Virus record (IMG/VR): IMGVR_UViG_3300028393_000021
Source of the DNA: a virus
Direction: 5' to 3' (one strand)
DNA length: 64,000 nucleotides
Part shown: in pieces, positions 36,378 to 46,169 of the stretch
Layout: each line of letters starts with the position of its first letter
Numbering within the stretch: the stretch's first letter is position 1
Notes under the pieces: model-generated
Told to the model about the DNA's origin: nothing
Seen by the model: the letters and a program-made list of their open reading frames with translations, nothing else
Databases searched by the model: none
Position numbers and translations under genes: made by a program

Positions 36378-37241
36378 TTATGTTTTAGTTGGGCGCCAGC
36401 AACTTACCCAATTTGCATTATCTGCGGTCATTCCGTTTGGATATGACTTAGTTAGATCGCCATCATCTGGATTATTTTTACCACCGCTAGGAGTTTGATT
36501 GCCGCCTACAAATGTATACTTTCCATTTACCGCAGTATAAACAAAGTTAACATGCCTATAACTCCAAAATGCAATATCGCCGGGCTGAGCTTGATTCTTT
36601 GGAACCGATGTGGCACCCCATTTTTCTGGATTAGTTGTAATTGCGGCTGCACTGGCAGTTTGAAAATATCTATAGCCTGAACTTTTAAGGGCATAATTTA
36701 CAAATCCCATACACCAAGCAGTTTGATCTGTAGTCCACGGGTTGTTTTTTGGATATCCTAAATTTTGCCAAATTCCTGTAATAGTAGGATTACTTGGTTT
36801 ACCGCCTTGGCCGGTTTCTCTCCATTTACCTTGTGCTGCCTCATCAAGACACTGTGTTAAGAATGGAACAATGCTTGTAAAAGTACTATCAGTTGAAATA
36901 CTTGATGTTGCAGTTGTTGATGTTGTACTGTCATCAACTGTTCCGGCGCCTGCATTGCCCTTAACTCCATCAGCTGTGGCCGCTGCACTATATGACGGGC
37001 CCGGTTGTCCTGGATTTGTAACTTGTTGTGCTATTAGTGAATCTATCTGACTAGCTGCTGCGGCTTGAACTGTGGAATCTAAAGCCACTGCAACACTAAC
37101 ACTGACACTACCAAATGTTCCGCTTTCTCCAGGGGGTTTCCACAATGCTACTAATGTATTGTTTATATAAACATTCCCGGTATGATAAACGTCAGCTACG
37201 TGAACTACCCCGTGTGCTACTGATCCTGGCTGGTATGGCAT
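36378..37241 (-). CDS. TIGR02594-like CHAP/NlpC-P60 peptidoglycan hydrolase
   Basis: AWCMGFVN catalytic Cys, HVNFV, VGGNQ. Confidence 0.8.
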   Translation of the reverse strand: MPYQPGSVAHGVVHVADVYHTGNVYINNTLVALWKPPGESGTFGSVSVSVAVALDSTVQAAAASQIDSLIAQQVTNPGQPGPSYSAAATADGVKGNAGAGTVDDSTTSTTATSSISTDSTFTSIVPFLTQCLDEAAQGKWRETGQGGKPSNPTITGIWQNLGYPKNNPWTTDQTAWCMGFVNYALKSSGYRYFQTASAAAITTNPEKWGATSVPKNQAQPGDIAFWSYRHVNFVYTAVNGKYTFVGGNQTPSGGKNNPDDGDLTKSYPNGMTADNANWVSCWRPTKT

Positions 37242-37264
37242 AAAGTTAATTTCCTATCACTTAT

Positions 37265-37558
37265 TTAACTCAATGCAATACCAGTAGTACCTTCTAGATA
37301 TTGTTTAGCTGCTTCGCCCTTACTTTCTACAACAAAAAATGTGTTGCTTCTGCTAAGTGTAACAGCAGAGTCTTTACCTAAGAACACCCAAGGAATCATT
37401 CCAAGTCCTTGACCGTTCATGGTCAATGCTAGAGGGCGACTAACTGTAACAGTATCTGCGTCCTCTTTTTCAAACCTAGCAATAATTTCATCACCGTTGA
37501 TTAGTTTGATACTTACTACATCTCCACTGGAGAAATTCTTACTGACATTGATTAGCAT
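37265..37558 (-). CDS. hypothetical protein (Sm/SH3-like beta fold)
   Basis: VVSIKLINGDEIIARF pattern. Confidence 0.6.
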   Translation of the reverse strand: MLINVSKNFSSGDVVSIKLINGDEIIARFEKEDADTVTVSRPLALTMNGQGLGMIPWVFLGKDSAVTLSRSNTFFVVESKGEAAKQYLEGTTGIALS

Positions 37559-37559
37559 T

Positions 37560-38036
37560 TTATTCCTTTGTTTCTTTTGGTAAATCGCACAAGGCTTCTA
37601 GAGTCTTGTAATTGTTGTAGGCTTTCTTTAGTGCCTCAAAGTGTTCTAACTTGGCAGGGTCTGGCACTAGTATGGCCAACCGACTCTGTATATCATCTAA
37701 TATTTTGGCAATACTAACGCCTTTGATTTTAACATCACCCTCAAAGTTAGCATCGCCGCTGACACTTAATGATGGGGGGGTAGATGACGATGTTACTATA
37801 CTTGGAGCACTGCTCCAAGTAGTTCCATTCATTCCGTTATATAGATACTGACCAGCGGAACCTGTAGAATTTATAGTATAATTTGATGTATTCCATAATG
37901 ATGTATCGAGGGTAATAGTATTAGATGCTGCTTCCTCAATTTCTTGAGTTGCAATCTCTGTCTCGTCTGCCCATTTAAACTCGTTTGGTTTAATGTTTGC
38001 TAGAGCTTCTTTGATTTTATCAAACCCATTAACCAT
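37560..38036 (-). CDS. hypothetical protein
   Basis: 158 aa, Ser/Thr-rich middle. Confidence 0.65.
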   Translation of the reverse strand: MVNGFDKIKEALANIKPNEFKWADETEIATQEIEEAASNTITLDTSLWNTSNYTINSTGSAGQYLYNGMNGTTWSSAPSIVTSSSTPPSLSVSGDANFEGDVKIKGVSIAKILDDIQSRLAILVPDPAKLEHFEALKKAYNNYKTLEALCDLPKETKE

Positions 38037-38253
38037 TTAAATGTGCCTTTAATTCAGTAAAGCCGCCAATTACCACATCGTCGATAATAATTTGTGGAAC
38101 TGACCGGGCAGTTGGGATTGCTTCTAGCAATTCTTCTCTACTATATCCATCACCAATTTTACGTTCTTCAAATGCGATATCACGTTGACCTAACAATGCT
38201 TTGGCCTGATCACAATATGGGCAGTGATACTTACTCCATACAACAACTTTCAT
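38029..38253 (-). CDS. glutaredoxin
   Basis: CPYC, RSVPQI, IGGF. Confidence 0.95.
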   Translation of the reverse strand: MKVVVWSKYHCPYCDQAKALLGQRDIAFEERKIGDGYSREELLEAIPTARSVPQIIIDDVVIGGFTELKAHLNG

Positions 38254-38266
38254 TTTTATTTTCCTT

Positions 38267-38650
38267 TTAAATTATATTATGTTTCTTTTTATAGTCTTCA
38301 ACGGCTGCAGAAATTGCTGATTCTGCCAAAATACTACAATGTATCTTAACTGGGGGCAGGGCTAGTTCTTCTGCAATTTGATTGTTTTTGAGTTTAATAG
38401 CATCATCAATATGCATACCTTTAACCCACTCTGTAACCAACGAGCTACTGGCAATTGCTGAACCACATCCATATGTCTTGAAACGAGCATCTCTAATAAT
38501 ACCATTTTCATCTACCTTTATCTGTAATTTCATCACATCCCCGCAAGCAGGGGCCCCGACCATACCTGTACCAACTGTATCGTCGATTTCAAACTTACCC
38601 ACATTACGAGGGTTTTCATAGTGGTCAATTACGGCAGCTGAATAAGACAT
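38267..38650 (-). CDS. iscU: Fe-S cluster scaffold IscU
   Basis: PRNVG, APACGD, GCGSAIASSS, KIHCS. Confidence 0.95.
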   Translation of the reverse strand: MSYSAAVIDHYENPRNVGKFEIDDTVGTGMVGAPACGDVMKLQIKVDENGIIRDARFKTYGCGSAIASSSLVTEWVKGMHIDDAIKLKNNQIAEELALPPVKIHCSILAESAISAAVEDYKKKHNII

Positions 38651-38654
38651 AATT

Positions 38655-39746
38655 TTACAAGTCCGGTAATTCTTCGTATGTTACAGAGTCCGACATTACC
38701 CCAATAACATAATTCGTACTTTCAGTTTCCTGAAGTGCCGACTGCTTCTTGCCGATGTTGACATGCTTATTAAACCATGGGATAGGACTAGATTTAGGAT
38801 GTTCACCTAGATACTTAATGCCAATATCCTTGAGACGATTAAATGCGGTATAATCAACAAAATCGCTTAGGATAGCGGCATTAAGACCAATAACTGGTCC
38901 TAGTTTAAACAAATAGGTTGCCCAGGCCTTTTCTTCTTTTATAACTTCCATATACATAGCATAAACTTCATCTCGACATTCTTCAACTAGATTAGCAAAA
39001 TCAGCATCATCTTTTACTACATTATTAATAATCCAGGCAGTCCAATCTGCGTGTAGGATTTCGTCTTGTAGGATCAAGCTGATAATGTTGCCATTACCGA
39101 TGTAGATTTTATTCTCTACCATGGCTAGACTTGTGGCAAATGAAACCATAAAGCGGAACGCTTCTAATGCATAGCTAGCATGTAATGCAAGCCAAATGGC
39201 TTTCTTATGTTCGTGTAGATCAATATCCTCACCACATGCTTTTCGACAATTGAGAATGTGTAAGGCTTCGTAGTAGCGACCAATACTAGCAGCCATTTCT
39301 ACAATTTCTGTAGTGTCGTGAATCTTATTAAATTCTTCTTTAGGTACTCCATATACGTTACGAATAATGTGACTGTAGCTTTTGCTATGAATATTTGTCT
39401 CGAACATCGACCAAATAGATACTAACGACTCAAGTTCAGGTAAACTAACAACGGGACTAAAAATTTGAACCGGTGCTCGACCCTGAATGCTGTCTAATGC
39501 TGTCTGTCTTAACAAGTTACTGGTAAAAATATGTTTAACTGCCTCACTTGCATCTTTGTGGTCCATTTTGTCTTTAGTGAGACTAATTTCCTCCGGCACC
39601 CAAAAAAATCCTCTTTGTAGTTCTTCAAACTTTGCAATTTTAGGCTGTCGATATTCTTCAAATCGTTGCACAGTTACTACACCATCTAAAAACATTTTTC
39701 GTTTTAAATAGTTAGTAGGTTTAGATAGGTCATATGTATTTGTCAT
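38655..39746 (-). CDS. nrdB: ribonucleotide reductase class Ia beta subunit
   Basis: FWVPEE, LDSIQG, ETNIHSKSY, DEILH. Confidence 0.95.
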   Translation of the reverse strand: MTNTYDLSKPTNYLKRKMFLDGVVTVQRFEEYRQPKIAKFEELQRGFFWVPEEISLTKDKMDHKDASEAVKHIFTSNLLRQTALDSIQGRAPVQIFSPVVSLPELESLVSIWSMFETNIHSKSYSHIIRNVYGVPKEEFNKIHDTTEIVEMAASIGRYYEALHILNCRKACGEDIDLHEHKKAIWLALHASYALEAFRFMVSFATSLAMVENKIYIGNGNIISLILQDEILHADWTAWIINNVVKDDADFANLVEECRDEVYAMYMEVIKEEKAWATYLFKLGPVIGLNAAILSDFVDYTAFNRLKDIGIKYLGEHPKSSPIPWFNKHVNIGKKQSALQETESTNYVIGVMSDSVTYEELPDL

Positions 39747-39926
39747 TATTTTTCCTTACAGTTATCAAAATGCCAACGACCCATTGATATTGCGCCACCC
39801 TCTTTATTACAATGAGGACAGATTTTATTAGGCCTTGGTTTGTTCTTTAGTGTTTCTCTTATTTTATTCTTTGTGTCTTCAGAATGGAAAACAGGACCAT
39901 TCCCGCCATTCTTTTTTTGTGTTTTG
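39730..39926 (-). pseudogene. C-terminal relic of a homing endonuclease (NUMOD3-like + Zn motif)
   Basis: Start-less frame with HSEDTKNKIRE and CPHCNKEGGAISMGRWHFDNCK. Confidence 0.65.
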
Positions 39927-40442
39927 CTAATGTTCTGTCACTTTGAATATTTGTTCTAACCATAATTTACAGTCATTCCATTTTTTATATATGTGTGACT
40001 GTCCGCCCGCATTTTCCCATTCTTGACAATTGCTGATTCTATCATCTATCAATATGTCTCCTGATTTGCAATGCTTCCATTTGTCGGTACTGTAAGGACC
40101 AAGGAAAACAGGAATACCGGGAAAATGTTCTTGCGCCCAAAAAACTTTATCTTGTATGGCCCATTGCATGTCGTTGTTGCGCGGTAATGCTGATAGAAAA
40201 AATAAATTCTCTACTTTGCCAGATTCAACAAGATCACGACAATATTGCACTAGGTCATGTGCATTATCTTTCAAAGGCAAATGGCGATAAAATCTAGAGT
40301 TCATTTTGATTTTATCCCAATCCTCCTGGGGAATACGGCCGCCTTCTCTTTCCCATTTCATTTTAAGAAATTCTTCTGCACTAGTATGCCAATCGGCTAC
40401 TACGTCATCCATGTCTAAATATATGTTCATAATTTCATCCAT
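39927..40442 (-). CDS. 5'(3')-deoxyribonucleotidase (HAD, NT5C family)
   Basis: YLDMDDVV, ILIDD, WENAGG. Confidence 0.85.
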   Translation of the reverse strand: MDEIMNIYLDMDDVVADWHTSAEEFLKMKWEREGGRIPQEDWDKIKMNSRFYRHLPLKDNAHDLVQYCRDLVESGKVENLFFLSALPRNNDMQWAIQDKVFWAQEHFPGIPVFLGPYSTDKWKHCKSGDILIDDRISNCQEWENAGGQSHIYKKWNDCKLWLEQIFKVTEH

Positions 40443-41116
40443 TCATTGTCTTGTATTGGAATCCAACCTTTTCTAAAATACTTTATCATATTCATAAAAG
40501 GCCCTGCCTCTTTGCCGTCATCTTTCCAGTTATAATTTTTATTCATAGTCAATCCGTATAACTTACAATACGATGGTTTATTATTGTTAATCCATATATT
40601 GTAAATCTCATCGGCTCTTTTCCATAATGCTCGAGTAACATCGGTCGCCCTAGGATGATTCCAGGGCTTGACTCCAGCATTTGGATTCTTTTCGCCGCGC
40701 TTTGCTTCAGACATGGATTTCAATCCAGATTCTGTAAAACACGATGCATCAAAAGGCATACCAAATTTCCAATGTGCAGATCCCCTTGGCTGATTTTTTC
40801 CAGGATTATTAGGACCACGCATATATTCGGAATATTGTCGTTTTAGCCAACCATATGCTTTATTGTTACGTTGTACATTGCTGTTTGATGATACCATAAA
40901 CATAGCGGCTTTGACAAGGCGTATATTGTTAGGATGTATTTTAACTAACAACAGATGACACAAGTAATGTTCTTCTGGTGTAAGTGATACTAAGTTAGTT
41001 GCTTCATCTGTTCCTTCCATACATCGTGGAACAATATGATGCTTTTCCTTATATCCTTCTAATATTCTGTTTTGTCCTCTCCTTATTATATTATTATATA
41101 TTTTTTGGTAATCCAT
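40427..41116 (-). mobile_element. free-standing HNH homing endonuclease
   Basis: EKHHIVPRCMEGTDEATNLVSLTPEEHYLCH; TAAATA and AGGAG upstream; lies between nrdA and nrdB. Confidence 0.85.
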
Positions 41117-41172
41117 ACAAGTCTCCTGTAAGTTTATTTATCACAACTTACAGAAAACTTATAATTTACAAC

Positions 41173-42153
41173 TCAAAGTTTGCAGGCTAAACAATCCTCT
41201 TCTTCTTCATATATTGTAACAGGTTCTGCTGTTACTAATCTATCACTTTGTGTATTTAAAATATTCTTACTGCCCACTTTATCTATCAGACTATAGTACA
41301 TTGTCTTTAAACCCCACTTGTAGGCCAACATTAAATTCTTTGCTATTAATGTGCCCGGCACCTTGCCATCTTTAAAATGCCTTGGACTATAGAATGTATT
41401 AGTACTCAAACTTTGATCAACATACACTGCAAGTACAGCGGATGTCTTTAAGTATTCAACACAATCCTTTTGATCCCACATCATTTGATAACGATTCTTT
41501 AAACGGCGATATTCTGGAACCACTTGTACAAAACTACCTGCCTTGCTTTCTTTAACACTGATCAGTTCCATGGGCATTTCAATACCATTGGTAGAATTTA
41601 ATACAACACTACTAGACTCAACAGGAGCAACTGCCATAAGTGTAGCATTACGAATACCATACTTGATCATACGAGCACGTAGTGGTTCCCAATCCATGCT
41701 AGAAGTAAAGTCAGTTAATTCGTTAACACCGTTGGCTCTACGTTCCCAAGGAAATACTCCCCGACCGTAGTAAGTGTGTTCGCTACGCAGACAGGGGCCG
41801 CGCTCTTGGGCCAATTCCACACTGGTTTCGGTTAGGTAGTATGCCTGGTGTTCCATCCAACGTTTGACTTCGGCCAGTGCTTCAGGTGTTCCATACTTGA
41901 AACTTTTGCGAGCATGCCAGTAGGCCAGATTTGTGATGCCAACTCCCAACGGTTCAAAGTCTTCGTTAGCCAGTTTACTTTGAATGCTCAAGAAGTCTTG
42001 ATACTGCAATAGGTTGCTTAAACTACGCACCAGCACACGACAGGCTTTTCTCATTTCCTGTGGATTACGGAACGCTCCCCAATTGATTGATCCCAACGTG
42101 CATAAGGCTATCTTTGGTACAGCTCGTGTACATTCTTTTTTAACTATTTTCAT
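41173..42153 (-). CDS. nrdA: ribonucleotide reductase alpha subunit, C-terminal fragment (NrdA-b)
   Basis: IALCTLG, APVESSS, DQSLSTN, KTMYY, C-terminal CLAC; preceded by a 13-aa non-RNR leader MKIVKKECTRAVP. Confidence 0.92.
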   Translation of the reverse strand: MKIVKKECTRAVPKIALCTLGSINWGAFRNPQEMRKACRVLVRSLSNLLQYQDFLSIQSKLANEDFEPLGVGITNLAYWHARKSFKYGTPEALAEVKRWMEHQAYYLTETSVELAQERGPCLRSEHTYYGRGVFPWERRANGVNELTDFTSSMDWEPLRARMIKYGIRNATLMAVAPVESSSVVLNSTNGIEMPMELISVKESKAGSFVQVVPEYRRLKNRYQMMWDQKDCVEYLKTSAVLAVYVDQSLSTNTFYSPRHFKDGKVPGTLIAKNLMLAYKWGLKTMYYSLIDKVGSKNILNTQSDRLVTAEPVTIYEEEEDCLACKL

Positions 42154-42391
42154 TTTTTAATGTTCTTCCTCTATAATAATTTTTATTTTCTTCTAGAAAA
42201 TTATCCATAATAGATAACTCAATCCTGCAATTTGCTGTCCCATTAGTCACCCAGATCCATTTTGCTGACTGCGATGATAAGTGTTTTTTATGTTCCGAAC
42301 TTCTATAATATGGATTATACTTAACCCAGTTATCGGGCGCTAGTTCATTATTAATTAATTGAACCAATTTTGTCTGAAATACTATTACCCA
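42140..42391 (-). pseudogene. homing-endonuclease C-terminal relic between the two nrdA halves
   Basis: No ATG; KWIWVTNG...YYRGR resembles DNA-binding tails of phage homing endonucleases; no catalytic domain visible. Confidence 0.55.
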
Positions 42392-42396
42392 CTAAA

Positions 42397-43911
42397 TTAT
42401 ATTAACAAATCTCCGATATCATCTGTTTCATCTAGTTCTCGAACCTTTTTACGATTTCCATCTTTAAGCAACACTTTATGTTCGCCGGGCAGAGTTAATT
42501 CTTCCCCGGTGTCGAGAGTGATCTTAAATTCACCTTCGTCGTCAATTCTTTGAAATGGATAAGTTGGAAGTAAAATTTCCATACACAAATTCGATTGATA
42601 TATTGGATCCACCGTTGTGTCAAACGGGCCCTGGTTGATGACATTGTCGATATTGACAAGATATATGCGCCCAGTATCAGTACGTTCTTTAAGGATTCCA
42701 GCTTTGAATATCGCATCCGCCGATACAACTTTCTTTTTAACTTTCTTGTCCTGCTCATATTGTAGGTATAACCTTTCGAACTCTTTACTGTCTCTGTAGT
42801 AGGCTTCGTATAGATCCGGAACTTCATGAGGATCAAACAACGTCATCATTTCACCACGTTTATAACGGTTCCAGAACATGGCATTAACTACCACTGAGTA
42901 ATCCATTTGACGCACACGAGTTTCATCAGTACCTTGATTGTTCTTTAATACAATAAGATCTTCAAACTGTGCGTGCCAAATGGGGAATGTAACTGTACAG
43001 CTGGCGTTACGAATTCCGCCCTGCGAGCATGATCTCAAATCTGCAAACCATTTCTTCAAGAAAGGTATCATTCCAGTATGCTTGATCTCACCATTGCGAA
43101 TAGGTGCACCTAAGGGTCTGATTCTGCCTATTTCGAGACCAATTCCGGCTCGTTTTGAGGCATATTTGGCCATCATTTCGCCGCTAGCAAAGATACTGTC
43201 TAAAGTGTCATCTGACGTTATCAATACACACGAGCTAAATTGTTTGGTGGTTGTTCCTAATCCTGCTAGTACCGGAGTAGCTAATGTAAAGTGTCCACTA
43301 CTAGCACATTCATAATATTCTTTTACAAGTTTTAATCTTGTTTCCTTGGGTTCATTATGAAAAGCTGTTGCGGCTGCAATAGCATAACGTACCTGCGGAG
43401 TTTCATAGACCTGTCCAGTGGCACGATTTTGTACAAGATACTTTTCTGTTAACTGTGCTATCGCAGCAAATGTGTATGTTTCATCTTTATCATGGTCGAT
43501 GAAAAGATCAATGATATCCCATTCATCTTCTGTGTACCAATCTAGCAATTTGCTAGTGTACATGCCTGCCTCTGTATTTGTTTGTACAATGCTATAAAGT
43601 TTAGGAGGGTCGTATTTACCATAGACTTCTTTGCGTAGCATACTAACACGCTGACGTCCTGCTACGTATTGGTAATTGACATTGTTAATTTCTGGATTTT
43701 CTGTTTCATCTATCAAATTAACCATAGCTTTAAGCAATAGTTCATCTATAGTTTCTGTGGTCATTCCGTCATGGAGTTCAATTTGAGCTTTGATTTCGAT
43801 CATTGATGGACTAACTCCATCAATTCCTCGGCATGCATGTGCTACTTGTCTTTGTATTTTTTCAATGTCCAATGGAACACGTTGTCCATTACGTTTGACC
43901 ACTGTGATCAT
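42397..43911 (-). CDS. nrdA: ribonucleotide reductase alpha subunit, N-terminal fragment (NrdA-a) with Hint-like tail
   Basis: ATP cone, QFSSCVL, SNLCMEI; last 44 aa resemble an intein block B region. Confidence 0.92.
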   Translation of the reverse strand: MITVVKRNGQRVPLDIEKIQRQVAHACRGIDGVSPSMIEIKAQIELHDGMTTETIDELLLKAMVNLIDETENPEINNVNYQYVAGRQRVSMLRKEVYGKYDPPKLYSIVQTNTEAGMYTSKLLDWYTEDEWDIIDLFIDHDKDETYTFAAIAQLTEKYLVQNRATGQVYETPQVRYAIAAATAFHNEPKETRLKLVKEYYECASSGHFTLATPVLAGLGTTTKQFSSCVLITSDDTLDSIFASGEMMAKYASKRAGIGLEIGRIRPLGAPIRNGEIKHTGMIPFLKKWFADLRSCSQGGIRNASCTVTFPIWHAQFEDLIVLKNNQGTDETRVRQMDYSVVVNAMFWNRYKRGEMMTLFDPHEVPDLYEAYYRDSKEFERLYLQYEQDKKVKKKVVSADAIFKAGILKERTDTGRIYLVNIDNVINQGPFDTTVDPIYQSNLCMEILLPTYPFQRIDDEGEFKITLDTGEELTLPGEHKVLLKDGNRKKVRELDETDDIGDLLI

Positions 43912-43942
43912 TAATTACCTCTTTTATCGATATAGATGATAT

Positions 43943-44377
43943 TTATCTAGGACTACTTACTTCAATTAGGTTTTCAATGCTAACTGAATCGGGAATGTTT
44001 TTTAAGGTAATTGGACCGTTATCGTTATAGTTTATAACCCACGTGTCATCTATATATATTACATTATACTCTCTAGTTTGGTTAAGGTCAACTAATGTTT
44101 TAAGTTCTATTTTTGAATCTTTGTATTTTTTTGTCAATTTTAACGTCCAGCCTATCATCAAAGCCTTGGTAAAATCATCGTATTTGTTATTCACAATAAT
44201 TTCCCAAGGACTAGGCCAGCTTTGTTGATAGTAGGGATCTACTTTTGGATTGTGGGGAACAAAAGGAGCATGTCTCCAAAAATCACAAGTTTCTTGTAAT
44301 GGATCTGCAACTTCGTCTAATTGTTTTCTATGATTTGACCACTCTGTTAATCTATTGTCTATGGGCTGATTAAACAT
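43943..44377 (-). CDS. hypothetical protein
   Basis: 144-aa ORF. Confidence 0.7.
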   Translation of the reverse strand: MFNQPIDNRLTEWSNHRKQLDEVADPLQETCDFWRHAPFVPHNPKVDPYYQQSWPSPWEIIVNNKYDDFTKALMIGWTLKLTKKYKDSKIELKTLVDLNQTREYNVIYIDDTWVINYNDNGPITLKNIPDSVSIENLIEVSSPR

Positions 44378-44384
44378 AGGTTCC

Positions 44385-46121
44385 TTATAACATTATTTTT
44401 GTTTGAAATTCCATAATAAATGATGTACTTGTACTGGGATTAACAACTAACACTTCTAGCGATTTTGTAGTACTATTAGCAATTAGGCCAAAGTATATCC
44501 CACCGTCAGCTCCTGCTGAATTATAATTATCCTGTAATGTCACATTATTTGGTGTTAGTCCCGGTCGTACATTTATATCTAGATTACCTGTTTTTGCACC
44601 AATAGGTGATGTAGATATACAATTATATTTTACAGTTATTGCTTGAGCGGCACCGGTTATGGGCAATCTCATAATTGTAGTTGATGTGCTGGTACTTAAT
44701 GATGCAGTGGTTATTGCTCTAAAATCTAATTCAGCTTTTCCTTGAATTAATGGATAATAAACAGTTGAGGTATTAAAGTTAGTATCGTGATAACGTTTTC
44801 TTTCAAAATAATCATTGATACTAACATTTCCATTAGTGGAAAAAATTATAACTGGCTCAACTGCTACCCTCTCAGTTCCTCCGTTAGTGTTACCCACATT
44901 GATGTACGAATTATTTTCACTAATAAAATTATGTGATTCCACACTGGTATTGGTTCCTATAAAAATTGCTTGATGTTCTATACCCTGAAATTTATTATTA
45001 ACTGCTCTATAATAATTAGGACCAACAGTGGCTAGTAAGTGTGTAGTGGTGTTTAATGCTATACCATATGATGAAGCTAAAAAATTATTATTTTGAATCA
45101 CAACATGATTAGTATCATAATTTGATCTTATACCATAATATAAACCATTAAATTCACAATTATCTATTAAAATATTTTCAGAAGTAACAGCACTGTATCC
45201 TCGTAAATTTATTCCTGTAGGCAAATTTCCACCAAGACCAGACCAGGATAGTTGTCTTCCTTGTAATTTAATATTGCGTATTAATCCACCGGACACGCAA
45301 TCAAGACTAATTAAACTTAAATGTGGCGTAAATCCAGTTGAACTAGAATATCGTAATGTCATTCCTTCAATTTGAATATTATTGGGTTGCCCTGACCCTG
45401 ATATGCTTGTTACTGCATTATATTCAGTTGGATCAAACTTGCCCCAAGTTAATGGATTAATCCTTCTTCCATCATAATCCACGGTTTGAAAAATTCCCGA
45501 ACCTGTAGTGATATTTTCAATAATAGTTTTATCAATGCCTTCACCAATTAATACTGCTTTTCTAGGAAGGAAAATTGTTTGTCCTACTTTGTATATACCT
45601 GATTGAAAATTTAATTTTTTATTATATTTTAAAGTATTTCCAACATCCCAATGTGTAGAAGTTGTGAGAATATCAGTATCTAAATATAAATGATCTATAA
45701 CCATTTGAAGAGCCGCACTGCAATCTACAGGTGATGCGTCAGTTGATGGATAAACACCAAAATCAGCAACATTAACGATATCATCTAACTTATTTTGAAC
45801 TGTACGTTGTATTACTTGAAACAATGCATTGTTGATTGAAGTAGAGGTGGTAATTGTTGCTGCGTTATCACTTTCCCAAACATAATTTGTTAAAGTATTT
45901 AATAATCCTGTACTTACTATAGTGAATAGAGATTTAACATCATTTTCTGTTAATACTCGTATATTTGTGTTTCTAGATCCGCCGTCGTTGCGGTTAAGTC
46001 CAATATATAAATGTTCAGTGTCTGCGGCCCATGCAAATTCACCGCCGTCAAGTAGCGGGACTCCTGTTGTAGATTCTTTTCCTCTACGTACTTGAATTTT
46101 TGCAATTTCAACCACAGCCAT
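44385..46121 (-). CDS. virion/tail protein with Mtd_N-like N-terminus and pectin-lyase-like beta helix
   Basis: KIQVRRG...GEFAWAADTEHLYIG; VNVADFG, LIGEGIDKT beta-helix signature. Confidence 0.7.
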   Translation of the reverse strand: MAVVEIAKIQVRRGKESTTGVPLLDGGEFAWAADTEHLYIGLNRNDGGSRNTNIRVLTENDVKSLFTIVSTGLLNTLTNYVWESDNAATITTSTSINNALFQVIQRTVQNKLDDIVNVADFGVYPSTDASPVDCSAALQMVIDHLYLDTDILTTSTHWDVGNTLKYNKKLNFQSGIYKVGQTIFLPRKAVLIGEGIDKTIIENITTGSGIFQTVDYDGRRINPLTWGKFDPTEYNAVTSISGSGQPNNIQIEGMTLRYSSSTGFTPHLSLISLDCVSGGLIRNIKLQGRQLSWSGLGGNLPTGINLRGYSAVTSENILIDNCEFNGLYYGIRSNYDTNHVVIQNNNFLASSYGIALNTTTHLLATVGPNYYRAVNNKFQGIEHQAIFIGTNTSVESHNFISENNSYINVGNTNGGTERVAVEPVIIFSTNGNVSINDYFERKRYHDTNFNTSTVYYPLIQGKAELDFRAITTASLSTSTSTTIMRLPITGAAQAITVKYNCISTSPIGAKTGNLDINVRPGLTPNNVTLQDNYNSAGADGGIYFGLIANSTTKSLEVLVVNPSTSTSFIMEFQTKIML

Positions 46122-46169
46122 AATAATATCCCCTATATAGGATATTTATACGTTTAGTAAAAATTGATA

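Noticed and set aside
42140-42531. Functional canonical split intein, or a group I intron, in nrdA
   Set aside because: There is no N-terminal Cys/Ser at the insert start and no His-Asn/Cys junction, and I could not find group I P/Q/R/S core elements in the 240-nt gap; RNA splicing is not strictly excluded without RT-PCR
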